A DNA stretch of 64,000 nt from Verrucomicrobiota bacterium. GTDB lineage: Bacteria; Verrucomicrobiota; Verrucomicrobiia; Limisphaerales; AAA164-E04. The notes beneath the pieces are model-generated. The model worked only from the letters and a program-made list of their open reading frames with translations, had not been told where the DNA came from and did not search any database. The stretch spans positions 1,824,001 through 1,888,000 of the forward strand of contig CP170459.1 in NCBI GenBank assembly GCA_047947115.1. The letters are read 5' to 3'. A program made the translations under genes and the position numbers. How positions within the stretch are numbered: position 1 is the stretch's first letter; the number at the start of each line of letters is the position of its first letter. Shown piece after piece: positions 62,397-64,000 of the stretch.

Positions 62397-62857
62397 CACT
62401 ATTGGCCAGTGTCATAACATCAACGTTATCAACTGCTGAGAGTTTTCAGGAACGAATAGTGTAACAAGAGAGTTATTCCAATCGTATGCAAAAAATGGCG
62501 GTTATGACTCCTCTGAATCATGACCAACGTAAACCCATATGAGTCTTGAACTGCCTGGTGTCAGGGAGAACGATCGGGAACACTTGGCAAGCGTGCAATA
62601 TCCTCAGAATGGGGACGTCTGACTTTTGAGACACTACGCCAATAGCGTGTCTTCATTGTCTTCTGTCATTTTGGAGCAGAATAGAAGACTCGAGTCGGTA
62701 AGTGTTAGGGTGTACTGGCGGAGTACTGAAGGAGTATGCACGATTAGTGAAAATAAACCTTCGAAAACAGGGTGTACACTGGCAGTTTCCCTGGCACTTG
62801 GGGTGTTTTATTGGGGGCGTGAAGTTATAAGCTATTTGCAATCACAGTGTTTCAAAA

Positions 62858-62879
62858 TGGCTCCAGAGGTTGGGCTCGA
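62858..62879 (-). other. tRNA 3-prime-end fragment (tRNA-Asn-like), probable att site
   Basis: Minus strand TCGAGC CCAAC CTCTGGA G CCA = T-loop part, T-stem, acceptor strand, G discriminator, CCA; the 5-prime part of the tRNA is absent. Confidence 0.7.
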
Positions 62880-63029
62880 TTTTTTTACCCCGGTTTTTCG
62901 GCCGAATTTGGGACAAAATAACCCATATCTTCAAGTCCCTCAAGCCAACTCTTCGCGAGCTCGAACCAGCTCGCCTTCTCCTGGTACCTGACAGTTAGCC
63001 TGACAGTTGTGAGCGTTGGTAAGAGATGC

Positions 63030-63212
63030 TCAGCTTGATGCTGCTTTGGTTTCCGGTGGTAAAAGGATGGTCCTTCCGGATTTATTTTGGTTTTCAATCG
63101 CAGAATCGATAATGCGATCGATATCAAAATCAAAGCGCTGCCCTAGCGTTTCTTTGATTCTTCTGGTTTCTTTCAGGACTTCGTCCGTTGTTTGTTCTTC
63201 AATGGTTTTCAT
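63030..63212 (-). CDS. Small protein coupled to the PIN gene (putative antitoxin)
   Basis: DEVLKETRRIKE.L...FDFDIDRI; ATGA overlap with the PIN stop. Confidence 0.7.
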   Translation of the reverse strand: MKTIEEQTTDEVLKETRRIKETLGQRFDFDIDRIIDSAIENQNKSGRTILLPPETKAASS

Positions 63213-63691
63213 GATTGAATACCCTCCAACAGTTCATCAGGTGTACACAAAATTGGCAAGTCACATTGGAATCTGCCAACAACTTCCTCAAGTTCCTTCA
63301 TGATAGCTGCATTGGCAATGTGTTTGCAGTTCCATGTTAACAAAATGTCCACCTGATGCACGGCAGATACGGCGATATGGATGGCATCTTGAGTCGCTTT
63401 TTCTGGCAGCAATCCTGAATTCATGATGCCCTTGGTAATATCTCGCGCTTTGTCTGTGAGGCTTAAGAGTGGAATGCCATTTACAAATTCTAATCTCCTT
63501 CTGGCTGCTTCTGGATCGCCTTCACTTATTTCCTCGAGGACAATTTCGGAAATACACATTTCATACTGATGCCGCGATTTTTCCCACCAAGTATGAGTGA
63601 GTTGTTGACGGGCCATTTGGATTAAATCGCGACAAGGCCTTGCCGCGAGATAACTGGGGATGGTTGTCTCAATGTAAACGCGTTTCTTCAT
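63209..63691 (-). CDS. PIN-domain (VapC-like) protein
   Basis: VYIETTIPSY, S..V.EE...GD, DAIHIA, LLTWNCKHIAN, P.LCTP.EL. Confidence 0.88.
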   Translation of the reverse strand: MKKRVYIETTIPSYLAARPCRDLIQMARQQLTHTWWEKSRHQYEMCISEIVLEEISEGDPEAARRRLEFVNGIPLLSLTDKARDITKGIMNSGLLPEKATQDAIHIAVSAVHQVDILLTWNCKHIANAAIMKELEEVVGRFQCDLPILCTPDELLEGIQS

Positions 63692-64000
63692 GATTGGCAG
63701 TGGCATCAGGAGTTGTCATGCAATTTGTGCCCATGACTCCCTTCATACTTATAGATGATTGGTTCCCAAATTAGAATAACAAAATGGTTGGGCCCACAGC
63801 ACAGGATTGAAGGCTGGGCTGATTCGTGATCAAAATACTTGGACATCGCAGTGTTGGTCGCATTCATCACCCAAGTTGAGAGAAGGAGAAGGTTCCGGTG
63901 TGAACCTGATTCTCAGGTTAACGGGGACATCGCCACGAGGAGGGCAAGGCGTTTGAATGTTTAGCCCGGATATTTCATTAAATTAAAAAAAATTAGCGAA

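Noticed and set aside
62858..62940. Complete tRNA gene
   Set aside because: Only the 3-prime 22 nt match; no D-arm or anticodon arm follows
100..63303. Numerous overlapping antisense or alternate-frame ORFs in the track (e.g. 3364-4071, 15574-16287, 18619-19488, 20631-21347)
   Set aside because: They shadow well-supported genes and have no recognisable motifs

Overview
Bacterial chromosome segment, most likely from a PVC-superphylum organism, probably Verrucomicrobiota. This is inferred from the DUF1549/DUF1553-DUF1501 pair, the PQQ-propeller protein, a sulfatase and the folP-cdaA-cdaR-glmM order. The left ~41 kb is mostly metabolic and housekeeping genes. Its most striking part is a tightly packed 7-gene operon at 7.4-14.6 kb. 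It contains an Fn3 membrane protein, a Na+/solute symporter, a 44-aa membrane peptide missing from the ORF track, a carbamoyltransferase with a rewritten acceptor site, an AsnB-type amidotransferase, an N-carbamoyl amidohydrolase and a cysteine hydrolase. This looks like a make/import/recycle system for an unknown N-carbamoyl-amino-acid amide, a candidate osmolyte or nitrogen store. The right ~22 kb looks more AT-rich by eye and appears accessory. It holds a type III PKS/methyltransferase/flavoprotein cluster led by an atypical ADP-ribosylglycohydrolase and an apparently catalytically dead M48-like membrane protein. It also holds a decayed IS21, a GIY-YIG gene, an ABC exporter with an AttH-like gene, a PIN module and two tRNA-Asn-like 3-prime fragments (att-like scars). 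A diverged ~2.5-2.8 kb direct duplication in this region has lost complementary genes in its two copies. No CRISPR array, rRNA or complete tRNA was seen. All calls come from reading motifs by eye; no searches were run.
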